From Eledone cirrhosa (taxonomy: Eukaryota): a stretch of 64,000 bases of DNA. Location of the stretch: positions 388,926,001 through 388,990,000 of the forward strand of contig OZ024740.1 in NCBI GenBank assembly GCA_964016885.1, given 5' to 3'. Position 1 is the first letter of the stretch; the number at the start of each line of letters is the position of its first letter. Under the pieces are notes generated by a model. It was not told the origin of the DNA, did not search any database, and saw only the letters and a list, made by a program, of their open reading frames with translations. The translations under genes were made by a program, and so were the position numbers. Below are positions 1-15,300 of this stretch, piece after piece.

Positions 1-116
1 TCCCTCTTACACCAGTGGCCAACCTATACAGGCTGGAGATAAAATGTGTAGCAACAAGGGCGGTGCCCCAGCATGGCCTCAGCCAGATGGCTGAAACAGG
101 TAAAAGAGTAAAAGAG

Positions 117-118
<2 letters not shown>
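1..118 (+). mobile_element. 3' end of a SINE with (GTAAAAGA)n tail
   Basis: ggcggtgccccagcatggcc...gctgaaacaggtaaaagagtaaaagagt abuts (TA)n and resembles common octopus SINE 3' ends as I recall them. Confidence 0.55.
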
Positions 119-208
<90 letters not shown>

Positions 209-427
209 GATATATATATATGATATTATATATATATATATATATGATATTATATATATATATATACTATATAATATTTTGAGAATAAGCTCTCAGTCCT
301 TTACAATAATGTATATATATATATATGATATATATATATATATATATATGATATATATATATATATATATATGATATTATATATATGTATATATATATAT
401 ATGATATTGTATATATATATATATATG

Positions 428-585
<158 letters not shown>

Positions 586-613
586 TAGATAGATAGATAT
601 GATATTATATATA

Positions 614-1465
614 TGCAAGTATGTATGTATGTATACGTACATACATATATGTATACAGACATACAGTAGTATGTATATATATATATATATACATACATGC
701 ACACATATATATATATATGCACGTATCGGTTTACCGAACATTTATTATAATGCTCGGTTTGTTTGTTTGTAAACAAACAAACAGCCCGAATTATGCCGTA
801 CTGTGTTTAGGCAACCACGTCACCTTTTTGTTCAACACTAACACAGGAACGGTAAACCGATACGTGCATATATATATAAGTGTGCATGTATGTATATATA
901 TACATACTGCTGTACGTCTGTATACATATATGTATGTACGTATACATACATACATACTTACATTTAAGTAAGTGCCGTACTAAGAGTGAGAAATGAAATT
1001 TCGTTTCATTCTATTCCATTTATCATTTTCGGTGTGCCCGGCCGACTGAACTCACTCGATATGCAAATTAGGCTGCTCATCCGTTAATATGCATAAGGAA
1101 AGTATATACTTTCAGACGTTCAACCATCTGGCAGGAAGGTATACGATGCTGACGATAGCTAATAAGCTTGAAACTAGTACATCGTTCCTGTGTCAGTGTT
1201 GAACAAAAAGGTGACGTGGTTGCCTAAACACTGTACGGCGTAATTCGGGCTGTTTGTTTGTTTACAAACAAACAAACCGAGCATTATAATAAATGTTCGG
1301 TAAACCGTTACGTGCATATATATATAAGTGTGCATGTATGTATATATATACATACTACTGTACGTCTGTATACATATATGTATATACGTATACATACATA
1401 CATACTTACATTTAAGTAAGTGCCGTACTAAGAGTGAGAAATGAAATTTCGTTTCATTCTATTCC

Positions 1466-1467
<2 letters not shown>
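614..1467 (+). mobile_element. HHR-bearing ~448-bp non-coding repeat (family B, retrozyme-like): about 1.4 direct units (851-1467) plus an inverted segment (614-851)
   Basis: ggtaaacc at 851 recurs at 1299. 614-851 is the reverse complement of about 1183-1410. Flanked by (TA)n. Confidence 0.8.
1143..1185 (+). ncRNA. Type I hammerhead ribozyme (family B)
   Basis: acgatg-CTGACGA-tagct aata agctt-GAAA-ctag-TA-catcgt. Perfect 6-bp helix I, palindromic helix III, GUA site after 1179. Confidence 0.88.
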
Positions 1468-1537
<70 letters not shown>

Positions 1538-1544
1538 TATATAA

Positions 1545-3358
<1,814 letters not shown>

Positions 3359-3535
3359 CTTTGAGTTTTTTTTACTGGTTTCATTTAATTGCAGTCGTGC
3401 AGGGTTACCTTCTTCAAGGGATTTAGTCGATTATATCGATCCCAGTATTTATTTTATGGATCCCTTTTGTCAAACCGCTAAACACACAAACACACACACA
3501 CAAACACACACACACACACACGCACACACACACAC

Positions 3536-3642
<107 letters not shown>

Positions 3643-3654
3643 GTGTGTCTGTGA

Positions 3655-3850
3655 GTCCCGGGTTCAATAGGAGGTAACCACAGTAAGTAAGGTAAGGTAC
3701 TCAATACATTAGTAGAGTGTATAGATCAAAAATGGTTTCTACAGGACTAGAACTGTTTCATTCGAACGAAATCATCAGGAAAACTCTGGTGAATTCCTTC
3801 GAATGAAACAGTACTATTCATGTAAAAGCCATTTCTATATTAAATTTGTT
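3655..3850. mobile_element. Diverged head-to-head pair of HHR pLTR fragments (family D)
   Basis: Minus strand reads ttttc-CTGATGA-tttc gttc gaat-GAAA-cag..ctg-TA-gaaac. A degenerate plus-strand copy (CTGGTGA) starts at 3786. Confidence 0.7.
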
Positions 3851-3944
3851 ATATATATATATATATACACAGTCGATCGACTTTGGTCAAATGTTTCCGT
3901 TGGTCTTTCCAATTGCTAATACTATCTATCGGTTTCTAGCTTCT

Positions 3945-4350
<406 letters not shown>

Positions 4351-4362
4351 TACGTATACATA

Positions 4363-4396
<34 letters not shown>

Positions 4397-4607
4397 TAGA
4401 TAGATATATATAGATAGATATAGATAGGTAAATATACACGGGTGTGTATGATTGTGTATAGAAGATTATATTAATAAGAGGAATTCCAACTTTGTCTGAT
4501 TTACTCGTTTTATTTACAATCCTTTAAAATATATAATGGTATTATAATGAAATAGTATGATAGAATATTAAATTCTAAGTGTTAATTGAACTATTTGCTA
4601 AACCTTG

Positions 4608-4674
<67 letters not shown>

Positions 4675-5074
4675 TCATTATCATTCTGCTCAGTTATAGT
4701 GGGACTCATAGGCCTATTAGTATTTATCTCATCAAATCAAAGCGAAATTTGTCTTTCTGGACATCTGGAAAAATCTTATAAAATGTTGTATATTCAGAAA
4801 ACACAGTCAAATGACGTTGAACAATTAAAACAAATAAGACAACGTTTAGTAGTTAATTAATCCATTATTTTACGATTATTTTGAAGGGCATCATATACAA
4901 CATTTTGTCGATATACTGCCCAATGGATAGCAGTTATGCAACTCCATGGTATTAACCTCAACAAAATATATCCATTCTACTGGCAGAATGTCGATTACAT
5001 TTTTGTAAATTTTCCCTTTGAAATAATGGATTATTTAACTACTATGACTTGTATTATTTGTTTTTTGTTGTTGA

Positions 5075-5270
5075 GGGTGGTGGATTGGCAGAGCTCGGAC
5101 ACAGGAGTTATGATTCTTTGCATATTGAGTTCAAATCCCGCCGAGGTTAGCTTTGCCTTTCATCCGTGCAGGGTCGATAAATAAAGTACAAGTAATGAAC
5201 AGCGATCGATTTAATCGACTATTCCCTCCCATTCAAATTACTGGCCTTGTGCCCAAAGTAGAAACATTTA
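5075..5270 (+). mobile_element. tRNA-derived SINE (family 1)
   Basis: A box tggcagagctcgg, B box gagttcaaatcc, conserved gcctttcatcc..gggtcgataaa core (resembles the MetaSINE-type domain from memory). Confidence 0.8.
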
Positions 5271-5358
5271 TTTGTTTTCTTTGTTCGACTTATATATATA
5301 TATATATATATATTTCGTGATTTGAACTCGGGAATTTTATATTCTTCGAGTGAGAAGA

Positions 5359-5442
5359 ACCCTCTGACGAAAGACTTCTTCTCAATGGATTTCCGCATGG
5401 ATTATCCATTTATTTTAAGACTTGAAACCGCGCGGTAAGGGT
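5359..5442 (+). ncRNA. Type I HHR in a solo pLTR-like fragment (about 5315-5512)
   Basis: accct-CTGACGA-[aagactt..aatggat..atccatt..aagactt]-GAAA-ccgcgcgg-TA-agggt. Confidence 0.85.
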
Positions 5443-5510
5443 AAATATAGCAGGTACAGTGAACTTTTTAAAATTTATTTTAAAACTTTTTCTCTATTTG
5501 CTAAACCTTG

Positions 5511-5564
<54 letters not shown>

Positions 5565-6301
5565 CATGCATAAAATATACTACATGCATGAATATACGCG
5601 TGCACATAAGCAGCGCTACGTACATACACATACATGTACGTAAGTATATATATTGGTAGATTCGATATTAAAATATAACTATACACATAAACAGAGAAGG
5701 AGGCACGTAAATATCTATTTTTTGGAAACAGCATATATAAAAAAACAACATACAGGAGCGCACGTGCACAGACGAATACATATAAAAATAAATATATAAG
5801 AATAAACAACTGCGAAATAAAAATTGAACGTGTACTATGAATACATAAATACATATGAAAAATATGCTTATGAAACATCCGTAACTGTGTGAAAGCTACA
5901 CTTTCATAAACCTCATTTCAGAGAATAAAAAAGTGGCTTTAGGATAATTGGGGTAAGTGTAGAAGTTTTACATGTGGTATGTAGGTGGTTTTTATTCAGA
6001 AATAGAGAACAAGTGGAATGAAAAGAAGAATTAAAATGCTAATTTTCTTTTTAAGCACGGTTATTCAGAAATGTGAATATAAAGACGTGCAATAGAAGTA
6101 ACAAATGCACAAAATTTCAGCTCAGGAATTAACGAAAATCAACGTCCGATATGTGTGGCAAGCGCTCGATGATTCATGTGAATCAGAGCTACAACATACG
6201 TTAAGGGCCAAACACACTGAGATGATGGTTAAACAGATCATCCGCACAGCCAAAACAAACGACCAAGTAATTCGGGTCAAACAATAAAAATATATGTGTT
6301 G

Positions 6302-6345
<44 letters not shown>

Positions 6346-6349
<4 letters not shown>

Positions 6350-6547
6350 AACGAGTAGGACCCCGACGGCTGAGCTCAAGCCGTTTCGACGGCTAATTCT
6401 GGACAGCCGTCGGGGTCCTTAGCCGTCGAAACGGCTTGAGCTTAGCCGTCGGGGTCCTACTCGTTCCTATTACCCACTCTACTACCCTAAGTATTTAGTA
6501 CTTTGGTGCGTTATGGTCCATCTAGTTCCTTACCACATTTCCTTCAT

Positions 6548-6548
<1 letters not shown>
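6346..6548. repeat. Fold-back of the 3' half of the family E HHR plus pLTR tail
   Basis: 6346-6397 is inverted relative to 6419-6470. Homologous to 50770-50897. Lacks the 5' core strand. Confidence 0.75.
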
Positions 6549-6645
<97 letters not shown>

Positions 6646-6657
6646 AAAATTGAAAGA

Positions 6658-7035
6658 CAGTGTATCTTCGCTTATCCGGATATCGCTTTTCCGAAATTCG
6701 ATTTACCGGATGGCTATTTCTATACTACTATTTATTCATTTTTAAAAAAGTACTAACTTTTTATGATTTGACTCAATTCAGTTTTACCAAGTTTTTAGTT
6801 ATTCTTATGTTTGTTTAATTAATTTTCTTATAAATTCTAGCTGTTCTTGTTATTCTAATAAACTTTCTTTACTTACCATTTGTCTTTTATTTTGACTAAA
6901 AGAAGCCAAAACATTAGAAACCACGAGCATTATGTAACAATGGGATTTTAGAATTCACTTCTCCGGATATTTCACTTAACCGGATCTTTTTCTAACTGTT
7001 TGGTTTTGACCGTCCGGATAAGCGAAGATTCAATG
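6658..7035. mobile_element. pogo/Tigger-like MITE
   Basis: TIRs cagtgtatcttcgcttatccgga and tccggataagcgaagattcaatg, TA on the right flank, internal ccgga repeats. Confidence 0.75.
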
Positions 7036-7139
7036 TATTATAAAATTAACCTTTTTTAGAACAAGTGAAGTCATTTTTTCATACATATACATACAAACAT
7101 ACACACACAAACACACACACACATATATATATATATATG

Positions 7140-7574
7140 CAAAAGTTCTATTTAAAGTTGTTGGGATACAACAAGTAAATATTTTTATAACTGATATAAA
7201 GCACTCGACAAGTTTTTGGAGTAGATATACGATATTAATAAATGGAAACTATATTTATAAAACCATATTTATTTCATTATACATATTTCAGGGATACCAC
7301 ATTAAATTATGGTATGCCTTCATCAGACAAAATACAATATATAACAGTTTTACAAATAGCTTTGACGTACCCTTTTAAAATGCAACCATTACTATCCTGA
7401 CAGCCTCCAAAAGTAATGGTTGCATTTTAAAAGGGTACGTCAAAGCTATTTGTAAAACTGTTATATATTGTATTTTGTCTGATGAAGGCATACCATAATT
7501 TAATGTGGTATCCCTGAAATATGTATAATGAAATAAATATGGTTTTATAAATATAGTTTCCATTTATTAATATC

Positions 7575-7580
<6 letters not shown>
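7140..7580. mobile_element. Palindromic pLTR element (family C): ~168-bp arms, 18-nt loop, one HHR per arm (7274-7334 minus, 7473-7533 plus)
   Basis: Arms 7226-7393 and 7412-7580. ttttgt-CTGATGA-aggcatacca..tggtatccct-GAAA-tatgta-TA-atgaaa. Confidence 0.85.
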
Positions 7581-7647
<67 letters not shown>

Positions 7648-8218
7648 TATATATATATTTATATATATATCGGCCAACTTATACAGCTTTGTATGCAAAT
7701 GAAATTAATCACCTCATTTACACAGACGAGAGGACTATATATTTTCGCCTGTTTTCAAAGTCCGGCAGTTGCAAGAGCGAGAGAGATCGTCCTGAGAGAC
7801 AAGTTGAGTTCGAAATGCATCGACAATTGTCCCCCTTGTTTCTGTTGGGCACCACCTGGTGGCGTTAGCTGCCAATGTGTTATTCATATCTATGGCTTTC
7901 TAAATGTTTATTTATAAACATATCCTATTTCTTTGGAAATACGAATTTCAAATACATATTTGTATACAACTATGTTCAAAATTAAATCCTAATTATATAT
8001 ATATATATTTATTTATTTATTTTGTGAGATGCGTGTGTGTGTGGTGTGGTGTGGTGTGGTGTGGTTGGTGTGTGCTTGTGTCACTTTCATATGGTGTGGT
8101 GTGGTTGGTGTGTGCTTGTGTGACTTTCATATAGAAATGGTTAATATACTTGCATACGTTATCGGAATATTGCAATACAATGATATTTGGTTTATAAAAT
8201 TTCAAATAACCATCCTAC

Positions 8219-8294
8219 CTCTCAACACCGTCATAGTCACCACCAATGCCGACATAGTCAACTCCAGCAACATTTTTTATATGGTCAATATGAT
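8219..8294 (-). CDS. DPEP1-like: Dipeptidase exon (D)[24 protein letters not shown](R); gene continues to exons not found here
   Basis: DHIDHI...VGIGGDYDG motif with the catalytic Asp. tgcag| acceptor, AG|gtagga donor, 76 nt. Confidence 0.95.
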
Positions 8295-8706
8295 CTGCAA
8301 TTGTAATAATAGAACATTAAAGAACGATTAAATCGGAGATAACACTTATATCTTTGCTTTTTATATATTTGATATATTTTGATTTTGCAGAAAGAAAGAT
8401 ACTATTGTTTAATGAATTGAAACAAAACTCAATTATGTTGGAAATGTCCCAAATATTATCGCAAAACACATTTTTGTACAACTAATGCACATCAGAGCAA
8501 ATTATAATTAATGAGTTATCATCACACTAACGTGCAGTATTATTTTTAGCGAGATCTGATTGTTTATTTTTATTTCAAAATATAAATAAATAAATAAGTA
8601 AATAAATATATAAATATAAATATATGTATATATGAAAAAAAAGTTAGTTGATTTGTGATCGTTTGTTTAACAGCATATCAGGAAAAAATTATACATTTTC
8701 TACATA

Positions 8707-8780
8707 TTTTATCTGAGGAGAACATGTTTTGTTTTATGTTATACATAAAACTTTGCATCTTCGAAATATATATAATGAAA
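8707..8780 (+). ncRNA. Type I HHR, family C variant
   Basis: ttttat-CTGAGGA-[gaacatg..gttttatg ttata cataaaac..catcttc]-GAAA-tatata-TA-atgaaa. Confidence 0.72.
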
Positions 8781-8832
8781 TAAATAGAGATGATATTAAG
8801 TGTATATCTTTCGTTTATAACTAATATTATAG

Positions 8833-9016
8833 TTGGTGGATTGGCAGTATCGGTAGACGCCATGCTTTGCAGCAAAGAGTTATGGCCCTTTATGGTCTGA
8901 GTTCAAATTCCGCCAAGGTTAACTTTGCCTTTCGTCCTTACGGGGTCGATAAAATAAACCACCAGTAATACACTGGGATAATTGCTGGCCTTGTGCCAAA
9001 AGTAGAAACAATTATT
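8833..9016 (+). mobile_element. SINE family 1
   Basis: Same A/B boxes, core and gtagaaacaattatt tail. Confidence 0.85.
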
Positions 9017-9140
9017 ATTATATATATATATATAATAATAATAATAATATATATATATATATATATACATGCCCATTTGAAGGTGACGGCATGAGATCTA
9101 TTTTATGGGTATGTCACAATTTTATACATCAAATATTGTA

Positions 9141-9198
9141 TTTTGTCTGAAGAGAGCATACTATAAATTAGTATCCTTGAAATATATATATAACGAAA
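9141..9198 (+). ncRNA. Type I HHR, family C variant (in fragment about 9070-9340)
   Basis: ttttgt-CTGAAGA-gagcatacta taaat tagtatcctt-GAAA-tatatata-TA-acgaaa. Confidence 0.75.
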
Positions 9199-9339
9199 TA
9201 AATTGTGATGCTATAGTGAAATATTTTCCATTTACTACTATTATTATTATAATACTCCAGATAAATTAACCGTCGAGTGCTTCATAACTGTTATGAACAT
9301 AACTCTGTTGAATACTTATCAACAAAGCCTATAACTCAT

Positions 9340-9384
<45 letters not shown>

Positions 9385-9408
9385 ATTTATGTATATACGG
9401 AAATATAC

Positions 9409-9505
9409 CTGCGACTTGTGACAACGTAGCATTTGTTTGGTTCGAAGGAAAGCAATTGATATAAGTACTGTAGAAGTTTACCATTACAACGCCTTTATTT
9501 TCTTT
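9409..9505 (-). CDS. DPEP1-like: Dipeptidase exon KENKGVVMVNFYSTYINCFPSNQTNATLSQVA
   Basis: GVVMVNFY...LSQVA motif. tttag| acceptor, G|gtatat donor, 97 nt. Confidence 0.94.
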
Positions 9506-10352
9506 CTAAATAGAAATTAAAATGTTATATTACATTAAATTTGCAGATTATGATACAGTAGTGGTATAAATAGATCATAGATGAAATGCAATTCTTTGGA
9601 GGAAATGAGAATGAAAATTTGAAAAACAAAAATTACTGATATGCAAGATTATATCGTACTTCAAAAGGAATTATTCAGAACATTGTTTCTATAACAGCTG
9701 AAGTTTAAAACTTAAGAATATATTAATAGATCATGACGCTAACTGTTGCTTTGGTAATTGTTACTGCTAATGCAATTTTTTCAGAAATGTTCTTAATTTT
9801 TATCATTATTCTCTGTATTTTAGTCTTCTTTTATTATTCCATTCATATCTAAGATGCATTTTAGGAATATTAAATCCTCACCAATACTTGATCGCTGAAA
9901 GAATGAAAGGAAAAAAATTATCCTAGCAACTCAGAACGTACAGGGTATATTTAAGTACCGTAAACATTTTATCGGGTGCTCTAATTTTTAATAATTCTGT
10001 TAATCAGTAGGTTGACAGACTGAATGCTTTGCAGCACCTGGTTCAAATCATGCTGAGTTCAATTTTGTCTTTCCTTTCTATGGATATCGATAAAATAAGA
10101 GATTTTTTAGCATTGGTCGAGATTAAATTAACTAAATCCATTCCCATAAATTGAGGTTTTGTGACTATGTTGGAAATCGATATTTATTCATTTATGTCTT
10201 TTTTGCGTTCTTGCTTTAAATCGGGCCGACATTAGCTTCCATTCCATCTCTTTCTTTCTGCGTCAAGTCGGTGAACGATACTTGGTGACTTCTTTGACAT
10301 GCCGTATGTGTTTATCATGAAATTTCTGTGAAGAAACACAAAACGTTATTTT

Positions 10353-11080
10353 TGGTAGATTGGCAGTATTGGTAGATCGTCATACACCATGCTTTGCAAC
10401 ATAGAGTTATGGCCCTTTACATTCTGAGTTCAAATCCCACCGAGGTTAACTTTGCCTTTTATCCTTACGGCATCGATAAAATAAAGTACCAGTAATGCAC
10501 TGGAATAATTACTGGCCATGTGCCAAAAATAGAAACAGTTATTTTTTTCTTACAAGAGACATATTCTCGGCTAGATACAAACGATTTTTCTACACCTGCC
10601 CGGGCACTCAAAACGCAAAGAGGTGGAACAAATGAGATAATGTAAACTTCCAACCTCGACTAGTAAGTTGTTTTTCCATGACGAAATAATTGTTTCTACT
10701 TTTGGCACAAGGCCAGCAATTATCCCAGTGTATTTCTGGTATTTTATTTTATCGACCCCATAAGGATGAAAGGCAAAGTTAACCTCGGCGGGATTTGAAC
10801 TCAGACCATAAAGGGCCGTAACTCTTTGCTGCAAAGCATGGTGTCCGACCCTCTACCGATACTGCCAATCCACCGCCCTTTCCATGATGAAATAATTGTT
10901 TCTACTTTAGGCACAAGGCCAGCAATTACCCAGTACATTACTGGTACTTTATTTTATCGACCTCGGCAGGAAATAATAAAAGGCAAACGGGATCTTAGTG
11001 AGATTTGAACTCATAACGAAAAGAGTTGGGACAAATACTGCATGACACTTTCACCAATGATTCTGCCAATGTGCAACCAT
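10353..11080. mobile_element. Three SINE family 1 copies: 10353-10540 (+), 10685-10878 (-), about 10891-11080 (-)
   Basis: Family consensus match. The middle copy sits in the tail of the third, with tttccatga.gaaataattg duplicated. Confidence 0.85.
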
Positions 11081-11534
11081 CTTTCCGTGTTTGGGAGGTT
11101 AATATGATAAATAACAGTAATTTACTAGGGTCAGTTCTATTGAAAATAACATTTCTCTAGAAATACAAAGCTTCCAGCCTAAAATGTATGTCATAATTTA
11201 ATTTCTTATCTCTAGGTTTCGAATTCATATCCCGACGAGGTAGATACAGTTGATCATACTCCCTCCTACAAATTGTTGCCTTGCACCATTGCGAGAATTA
11301 TATATTATAATCTCATTGTGAAGAGAAGTGGTAGAGTAACAGACTAACTGTCGTATAGTAGTTAGCTTCTCTTCGAGATCAATTTGCATTCCATTTTATC
11401 TAAATTTGTAACATAAAGTCCAAGCATGTACAATACACATTTGGTGCTGTACCAATAAAAAATGTTTACAAAAATATTGATTGGCAAACAAAAATATTTT
11501 TTCACTTACCCTTGAAAAAGTAAAATGTCACAAA

Positions 11535-11650
<116 letters not shown>

Positions 11651-11899
11651 AAAACAAATTTCATACTCCGTGGTTTATTTTAAAGATTGTAAATTGTCAT
11701 TCTGTCTTTATATTGCACAAAATCAATAATGTATTTGCACGTTTAAGGCTACAAATTTACATAGATTTATAGCGAACTAAAAGCGGACATTACAATAGAT
11801 AAAGTCCAAAATATGAAGAAACTGTTTAGAGCGTGTATCATCGTTGGCAACAATGTTTCGAAGGAGATAAGAGGGGTTGCAAGAGAAGAGAAAATTCTA

Positions 11900-13000
11900 A
11901 CATATGTACTTTTGCTTTTCAGCGTAATATAGAGAAATATGGTATTACTGGCCTGGCTGTAAGCAATGAATTATGATGAAAAGGCATTGAAAGAGTGGTG
12001 TTAAACGATGTGAAGGAGAAATGAAGTTGGTTAGAAAGAGGTGATGGAAGAAGTTTACAGTAGGAAGGTTATATACATTGAAAATCCTGATTGCTTGGTT
12101 GACTGATCTTTTTGAAAGATAGTATCGTGTGGTCGCATACAAGAAAATACTTAACATATGAATAACTAAGGAAATCGTATGAAGAACACGAATCGCTATG
12201 CATAATTTTCAAGTAGAAATGAAATTTATTGGATTTATAGTTAGATCCGCAATGTTTTACCTGGATGGAATGGAACTTAGGTTGGGTAATAGTAAAATTA
12301 TTCACGAACTGCGGAAGGAAGTAGTTAATGCTTCATCGTGGACACGCACAACAGGAGCATGTGAGGGAAAGACCAAAGCTAGGTGAGAACAAATACTCAA
12401 TAAGTAGTAAAGCAAACTAGTTGCTACATTGTTGTAGAAGGTACTGATTGCATAAATAAAAATGATGGCCTGATGCAATACGGGCCAAAAAAACAGGAAC
12501 GTTCCATCCTTGATACCACTTGGAAGAAGAATACTGCTCACAACCCCACTCTACGCATGGCTGAATCTTCGCGGTAAACATGTGCTCAGCTGGTTAACAA
12601 CCATCTCCGGATAAGTGTTTTACCTGGGCTTGTATTCGGATCTGTGAAAATTACATGTGCCATAGTAGGTCTACGATAGGCGTTTTCGGTCATGCTACTT
12701 CCACATCGGCCGTTTCTTTCAGCATGCCGCTCTCTACGTTTAACGATGTTTGTAAACCGAGTTTAGATACTGCCAGTTTCCCATCATGATTGAAACCAAT
12801 GCAACTAAACCGAAGAGACAGCAAAAGATCCAAAAGCATCATATTCGTTCCATTCCAGTTGGTGTCTAATCTGGAATGTGACCTTCAGCGATAATTTTCC
12901 TGTGATCAACTGGTACAATTGACATCGTTGCTCGGCAGCATATGAATCGTAAGCTGAAAAAGTAGCGGTTGCTTATCTGTTAAGCTCGATCGAGTTAGAG
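11900..13000 (-). mobile_element. Highly decayed 3' part of a Jockey/CR1-group LINE
   Basis: Fragmentary minus-strand similarity only: LLDLLLS..KLAVSKLG, RPTM, NVATSLLY..CSHLA, SVN. Confidence 0.35.
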
Positions 13001-13434
13001 ATTGTCTTCCGGTTATTTCAATAAATCTCCATCACTATTTTGTCTGTCTCAAACATTAAATATTAGCATGATGTGTCGTAATTTCCTTTGTTAATTGTGT
13101 GTAAAAATATTTATAAAACGTATATCTTCGAAAGAAACAAATAACAAACTATTCTGATTTTAAAAAGTTACGATTCAAAACACTTTTGAATAATTCAAGC
13201 CGCCGGCCATTAATTCAACTCCTCAATTATTTTAACATTACCATTAACTGTACGCGTCACTACTAACTGTCAAGTCAGTTTATTTACACTATATGTTCAT
13301 TCCAAGACGCTGTATGCCATAAATTAAATTTCACGGGAGCATTCATCTTGGATAAAGCTAGAAGTGTAAACATTTGGTTAACTTACGAAACATTGGAAAA
13401 GTTTCAATTTTAAAATACAGAGTCTTCACAATAT

Positions 13435-13775
13435 AGATAACTATAAGTTATAGTTGAATTAATCAGGTAAAGTACACTTGAAGAGGGAGAAAATAGACAG
13501 AGACACATAAGGGGAATCGAACCGCATATCTCTCGTGTGATCGCATCTAACCGTTACCCCCAAAGGGCTTTGGCCTACCTACTTCTGATTTTTAGCGTTT
13601 ACATCTTCTAAAATTGTGATAGTCATCGGCCGGGAGTCATTTGGTCTAATGATTAAACGTGCTTTCCCAGCATACGAAAGATACTTGGTCTGATTCCCTG
13701 CAGGCAGATATATCCACAGTTTCTATCTTCAGAGATACATACCTGATTTATTGAACTATTTTTTATAGTTATCAA
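13435..13775. repeat. Degenerate palindromic element with two divergent tRNA-like segments
   Basis: Arms gataactataa..aatcaggta and tacctgatt..tatagttatc. B box ggttcgattcccc on minus at about 13511-13523; A/B-like ggtctaatgatta..ggtctgattccc on plus at 13643-13698. Confidence 0.55.
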
Positions 13776-13787
13776 CTATTATTATAG

Positions 13788-14005
13788 TTGGTGGATTGGC
13801 AGTATCAGTAGAGGATCGAACGTCATGCTTTCCAGCATAGAGTTACGACCCTTTATGATCTGAGTTCAAATCCAGCCGAGGTCAACTTAGCCTTTCATCC
13901 TTATGGGGTCGATAAATAAAGCACCAGTAACGTACTGGAGTCGATTTAATTGACTTCTCCTCCCCCAAAATTACTGGCCTTGTGCCTATAGTAGAAATCA
14001 TTATT
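13788..14005 (+). mobile_element. SINE family 1 (long form)
   Basis: Consensus match, with attat(t)atagtt repeated on both sides. Confidence 0.85.
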
Positions 14006-14899
14006 ATAGTTATTTGCATTTTAGTGGCATTATTTTCAAATATATAAATATGCAATTGTTACAGTAGACAAAAATAATAAAATACTGTAAACTGTAAATA
14101 TCTACTTGTTGTATATTAAAGGTGAAGCTCAAGGGGGATATGATAGAAATCTGTGATGATTGAGTCGGGACTGAGTGAACAACAGTAAACTTATTAATAC
14201 CATCAGCAAGTTTGCTAGCTGCAGTAGAACTAAGACTAGTTGGCTTCAATAATGAGTTGCTGATGCTGCTTCCCGATAATACACACTCTTAAGTCTCTAA
14301 ATGTCAATTATATAAATAATTCTTCTTTTGACGACAAATAACCAAGGGCTTCTCGCTTAACGGATTTTCAGAATTTCTTGCTGTTACAAAGAGAACTTCG
14401 ACTACTGTTTCTTTTGTTAAAGCTTGATTTCCAAATGATCAATCTTGGTGTATTCTAACCAGATCCTGGGATCATCTTCTGAGACAACTTTTTTAATTCC
14501 TGTTTGAATTTTACGATGAAAATCCTTTGCCTGGAATCCTTAAAAATATTAAATTTACCACAAATCACATACAAGATTCCTTGTATTTTTAAACATTGGC
14601 TGGAGGCTTCAGTACATTCCTAACTTTGGCTAGAATTACGTAGCTAGCTTGAAGCTGCTAAACAGAATATTATAGGATTGCGTTTGGAGTTCTTGATGGT
14701 GTTGAAAGCTCTTTTCCCTCATGCGTCTTCACTTACATCTTCTTCATTCATCGCCATGAGTATAATCTAGTGTGAGATACATTTATGAAATTATTCATTT
14801 ACCTAGTTCGTCAATGCAACATTGAGTAGTGAGCACACGCCATATTTTATCATCATTAATGATAGGCCGGTGACCACATGTGAGAAACTACGAGCCCTT

Positions 14900-15300
14900 C
14901 ACATTTTAATAATTTATCCTCTTCCTGAATGGTTCGATTTTCTCGGCTAATTCGATGCTCGCTTCGGCGTAGCTAATATCATTACCTATTCCATGGAGAT
15001 GTCTAAATCTCCATAATCACCATTACTATCTTGGGAATTATTGATATTCATATGTATACCTAGACTGGCACCAGCTATTTGAATTCTTACACCACAGACG
15101 TTGATTCATTAACTAGATCTTAATGCGCAATATTTAGCCATTATTGCTGACAATCTGGGGGGCCACATGGATGGCGTTGTTACCACAGGATCGTTGATGG
15201 ATAAATCACTTTATCATTGCCCTCGCGAAATTTGTATCTTTTCCAACACTCATACGCTTCCCTGCAGCCAACAAATGATAATTCAGAATTTGTATCAATA
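14900..15300 (+). mobile_element. Possible decayed APE-endonuclease fragment of a LINE
   Basis: ITILGIIDIH resembles ILGDFNIH and GGHMDGVVT resembles GHTLDLVIT, in different frames. Confidence 0.3.

Noticed and set aside
5085-5145. Functional tRNA genes at SINE heads
   Set aside because: A/B boxes are present, but there is no cloverleaf and each continues into SINE body sequence.
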